Source: Candidatus Marinacidobacterales bacterium (GTDB taxonomy: Bacteria; Acidobacteriota; Vicinamibacteria; Marinacidobacterales; DATDRI01). Taken from it: a stretch of 64,000 bases of DNA. Below the pieces are notes generated by a model. That model was given only the letters and a program-made list of their open reading frames with translations. It had not been told where the DNA came from and searched no databases. This document shows positions 63,396-64,000 of the stretch, piece after piece (within the stretch, counting starts at the first letter, position 1; every line of letters starts with the position of its first letter). Where the stretch lies: positions 3,040,001-3,104,000 of the forward strand of contig CBDCNP010000002.1 of NCBI GenBank assembly GCA_965219415.1. Reading direction: 5' to 3'. The position numbers and the translations under genes are program-made.

Positions 63396-64000
63396 ATGGC
63401 ACGACTTGTTCTAGTAGGAGCGGGACACGCCCACATGGAGGTGATCCGGCGTCTCATTCTGGCACCCGGTTCTTGGGCGGATCTCACCGTGGTGTCCCAA
63501 TTCGACAAGCACCACTACTCGGGGATGGTGCCGGGGTATCTCCGGGGGAGCTACCGCGAGAACGAAATCTCTTTCGACCTGCCACCGCTGATCGCCTCCG
63601 CCGGGGGTGAGTTCGTATGCAGGCGAGCGGTCGGTATCGATCCCGCCCGCCGCGTCGTTCGCTTGGAAGGTGGTGGGGAGATCGAATACGATATTGTTTC
63701 TTTCAACGTCGGGTCTCGGACCATCGCAGGGGATTCCGCGGGGCCGCACGCGGCGCTCGTGAAACCCATGTCCCGGGCGGTCGAACTTCATAGTCGCATA
63801 CTGGAGCTCGCCCATCGTGACGGGGGCAAGACACGGCATGCGGCCGTGGTTGGCGGAGGGTCCGCGGGGGTGGAGATAGCTTGTGCCATGGCCGCGTTAC
63901 TCGACGACGCAGGTGGCCGTCGGGACATAAAGATCGTCGAGGGTTCGGACGGCATTCTTCGGGGGTATTCGGAGCGGTTTCGAAAACGGACCGAAAGTAT
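63396..64000 (+). CDS. FAD-dependent pyridine nucleotide-disulfide oxidoreductase (SelD N-terminal-like), runs off window
   Basis: MARLVLVGAGHAHMEV...YSGMVPG...VVGGGSAGVE. Confidence 0.85.
   Translation, partial: MARLVLVGAGHAHMEVIRRLILAPGSWADLTVVSQFDKHHYSGMVPGYLRGSYRENEISFDLPPLIASAGGEFVCRRAVGIDPARRVVRLEGGGEIEYDIVSFNVGSRTIAGDSAGPHAALVKPMSRAVELHSRILELAHRDGGKTRHAAVVGGGSAGVEIACAMAALLDDAGGRRDIKIVEGSDGILRGYSERFRKRTES

Overview
A GC-rich bacterial accessory region; the TonB receptors resemble those of Acidobacteriota, but this is not proven. It is built as a mosaic: about 25 unrelated gene blocks, many cut mid-codon, joined by a dense network of IS ends, MITEs and chimeric mini-elements from at least seven families. 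I label them A (IS1-like, GGTGCTT ends), B/E/F (TGT...ACA ends), C/D (CCGT...CAAAA ends) and IS6, plus IS5, IS3 and IS110. Cargo includes defence genes (Mrr, type I HsdR + M48 protease, a DISARM-like helicase/SNF2/methylase operon, GmrSD-like, sacsin/NOV-like, DUF2442/DUF4160), two orphan terminase-small-subunit-like genes, two TonB receptors, a Na/Pi symporter, bacilliredoxin and several enzymes. Best observations: (1) an IS1111-group IS110 element whose bridge/seekRNA target and donor guides can be read from the sequence and which targets one terminal repeat of the resident IS1-like element, with filled and empty sites both present; (2) a signal-peptide-bearing proteasome-beta/HslV-like Ntn hydrolase; (3) chimeric multi-family mini-elements amplified as units, which mostly lack target duplications at the mosaic junctions. 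All calls come from motif reading without database searches. Coordinates of non-coding elements are accurate to a few bp.
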